Below the pieces are notes generated by a model that did no database searches, had not been told where the DNA came from, and saw only the letters and a program-made list of their open reading frames with translations. A DNA stretch of 64,000 nt from Haliotis cracherodii (lineage: Eukaryota), in assembly GCF_022045235.1 (NCBI RefSeq), contig NW_027266297.1:10230001-10294000 (forward strand), given 5' to 3'. Made by a program: the position numbers and the translations under genes. This document shows positions 61,515 through 64,000 of this stretch, one piece after another (the first letter of the stretch is position 1; each line of letters begins with the position of its first letter).

Positions 61515-61556
61515 GTGAGATACAGATGGGGCTTATTGGATACAGATGGGACCATA
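59809..61556. repeat. Degenerate 21-bp tandem repeat (GATGGGACCATGTCAGATACA), roughly 80 units
   Basis: Seen directly; includes higher-order internal duplications. Confidence 0.92.
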
Positions 61557-61944
61557 TCATGTACGGCGGGCACCACAGTTTTGACCATACGAGAAAAATA
61601 GTGAAATAGTTTTGCTCATGTTTTCCATTCTATCATGAAATCTACCCTTTACCAATTCGCTATTACAGGTTCGTTTTGACACTAAAATGAGCCTGACGCA
61701 TGGGAGCTTCTGCGACTGCGGTCTAACCCCACACATAAGGGTGTGTAAATGTCTGTATGTGTGCCTGTGTTCGTTTCTGTCTATATCATTATGTCTGTGT
61801 CTGCTTGCATAAGGCCAGACTAATGAGGGTTTTATTTTGCTAACCCTCCGAGATACCATGTCGCAGTTTAACATGAATACCCTACTCACACACAGTATAC
61901 TGACACCGAGCCGACAGCCCTTGTTGTATCCCCTTAATGCCGTA

Positions 61945-62256
61945 ACCCGTGAAGAGCCGGGGTAGAATAGTTCTTCAGCAACCCATGCTTGCCGTAAAAG
62001 GCGACCATGCTTGTCGTAAAATGCGACTAACGTGATCGGATGGTCAGACTCGCTGACTTGGTTGATGCATGTCATCGATCCCAATTGCGTGGGTCGATGC
62101 TCATGATATCGATCACTGGATTGTCTGGTCCAGACTCTTTTATTTACAGACCGCCGTCATATAGCTGGAATATTGCTGAGTACGGCGTTAAACAACAAAC
62201 CAACAACAACAACATCAAGAAGAACGACAACATGGTGAAGGATTATTCTTAACCAA
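61945..62256 (+). mobile_element. Family C copy carrying the 3' flank of the 58.1-kb copy
   Basis: TSD CCTTAATGCCGTA at 61932-61944 and 62257-62269. Confidence 0.88.
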
Positions 62257-62907
62257 CCTTAATGCCGTACGATCTTCATGTATTCAGATACATTCCGTTG
62301 GACATTGATTAATCCCGTACTCAGCCATATTACAGCTACATGTATATCACTTTAGTCTGCAAATCTAGGCCCGAGAAAACACAGCTCACATTTGGTGACT
62401 CAATTGGCAAGAGACTTGTTCCAAATATACCTCAGCTGACCCAGCATTGAAAAGGTACTCGGTAGGATGGGATTGCAGTCTTACTGTTAAACTTCCTAAA
62501 GCCACACAAGGCAGCTTGTTGTGTGTACTCCCAAGGGAGCTGAGATTGAAACTTGAGTACACACTGATCCAAACACCGGGGTAATATCAATATAGCGCCA
62601 TGCTTATTTACTTGGAGAATGAAATATGTCGCATTATAAAATATGCTTATTAATATTATATGATAGTTATCTATAAGTTAATTCGCATTCTCAATCATCG
62701 TTTAAGTAACAATTATCAGAAACTGCTCCTTGGTGGAAATCAGCATCGTGCCGACCAAGATATAGCAATGCCGTACGTGTATGTCAGCAATACCAGTACT
62801 AAGAGATGACTATCTCATCCTACCGTATAGTGAAAGTCACTTTCTGGTGTCTTCGTCGTGACATTGCTGGACTTGTTTTGAATGCTACGTGAATCTTAAT
62901 CGCGCAT

Positions 62908-63226
62908 TGTAGAGAGGTTGTAATTTAGAACTGCTGTGAAACCTCGTTAGTCCTGAAACACCACCTCCCGAACGATCTTGTTACACTGTAGAGAGGTGGT
63001 AATTTAGAACTATAGTTGAACCTCGTTAGTCCTGAAACACCATCTCCCGAACTATCTTGTTTCAATGTAGAGAGGTTGTAATTTAGAACTGTTGGGAAAC
63101 CTTGTTAGTCCTGAAACACCACCTCCCGAACTATCTTGTTACACTGTAGAGAGGCTGTAATTTAGAACTATAGTTGAACCTTGTTAGTCCTGAAACACCA
63201 CCTCCGAACTGTCTTGTTGCACTGTA
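62908..63226. repeat. 79-bp tandem repeat x4 (ABAB arrangement)
   Basis: Units start at 62908, 62987, 63066 and 63145. Confidence 0.92.
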
Positions 63227-64000
63227 CACCGCTTAGAGAAAAAGAATTCGGTTTCATTGTTGCCTATAAAAATGCTTACTCTATATCTATACTGTCTCCA
63301 ATTCGGGTGGCTAAATGTACGTCTACCTGGAAAGTGGAAATTCTGCGGTTCGATGCCCTGACCGTATCCAGCAAAAGACTTTCCAAGATGGCATTTGTTG
63401 TTACCCTGCCTGGCGCTCTGAATGAAGGAAATAATACGGCGAGAACCGTGGCGTTAAGCGATAAATGCTCTGCTTCAAATTAAATCGTTGTTCAACTCAG
63501 CGAAATATAATACAAACTCAAACATATTACGTTTTAGCTAATTCCCCGAAGCGTGTTTGCATTAAACTAAACTGCCAGACAAATCTGCCAGGCAAATCAC
63601 CCAATTTTGATGGCCCCGGCAGTTTTGGATAGCAGACAGCTCTCTGGCGCTTAAACATAACTGGATATTCAGAATATATTTTATCATATTTTGTAGAAAT
63701 ATGAAAGTATTCTATAGTTTATTTGTTTGTTTTGGAAAAAAACGAAATATTTTAATATAACCATACAAAAAGTATTGACATATATGTTTATATTAAAATT
63801 ATTTTTATCATATTATTAGTGTCAATTCTTAAGCCAGTATTTCAATCTAGTATGCTTATTAGGCTGATAGAAAATGCTCTAAATCAGTTATGCTTAGTAA
63901 AACTACGACGGACGCTTTGCCCGCGGGGTCATCTATCAGCTCTCATTCTTTTATTGACCCAACTTAACTCTTAATGCGCGTAATCATTCAGCTAATGACC

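Noticed and set aside
59809-63226. CRISPR-like arrays
   Set aside because: Eukaryotic context, contiguous tandem units with no unique spacers, and no cas genes.

Overview
AT-rich, intron-containing animal genomic DNA. The SINE/LINE landscape suggests a mollusc, probably a gastropod such as abalone; this is an inference from recalled repeat families, not a database result. The main content is a tandem cluster of five paralogous 5-exon genes that the ORF track misses because they are spliced: G1 4874-8064 (+), G2 25485-28734 (+, pseudogene), G3 36934-41326 (-), G4 46310-49005 (+) and G5 54404-56570 (+). The intact genes share intron phases 1/0/2/0 and a 143-nt exon 3. Each intact gene encodes a signal peptide, a Gly-rich low-complexity repeat region and a six-cysteine C-terminal domain. 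By eye this domain aligns collinearly with the Cu/Zn superoxide dismutase beta-barrel, but every Cu/Zn ligand and the catalytic Arg are replaced, and in G3-G5 the zinc loop has become a Trp-Gly-Gln repeat. The inference is a family of secreted, non-enzymatic, SOD-fold structural or matrix proteins. The rest of the window is decayed transposons (Penelope-like with hammerhead motifs, CR1-like nested in an RNase H LINE, MULE, two Tc1, tyrosine recombinase, R4-like), three SINE families, satellites, and a 1.7-kb 21-bp repeat with a stop-free heptad ORF.
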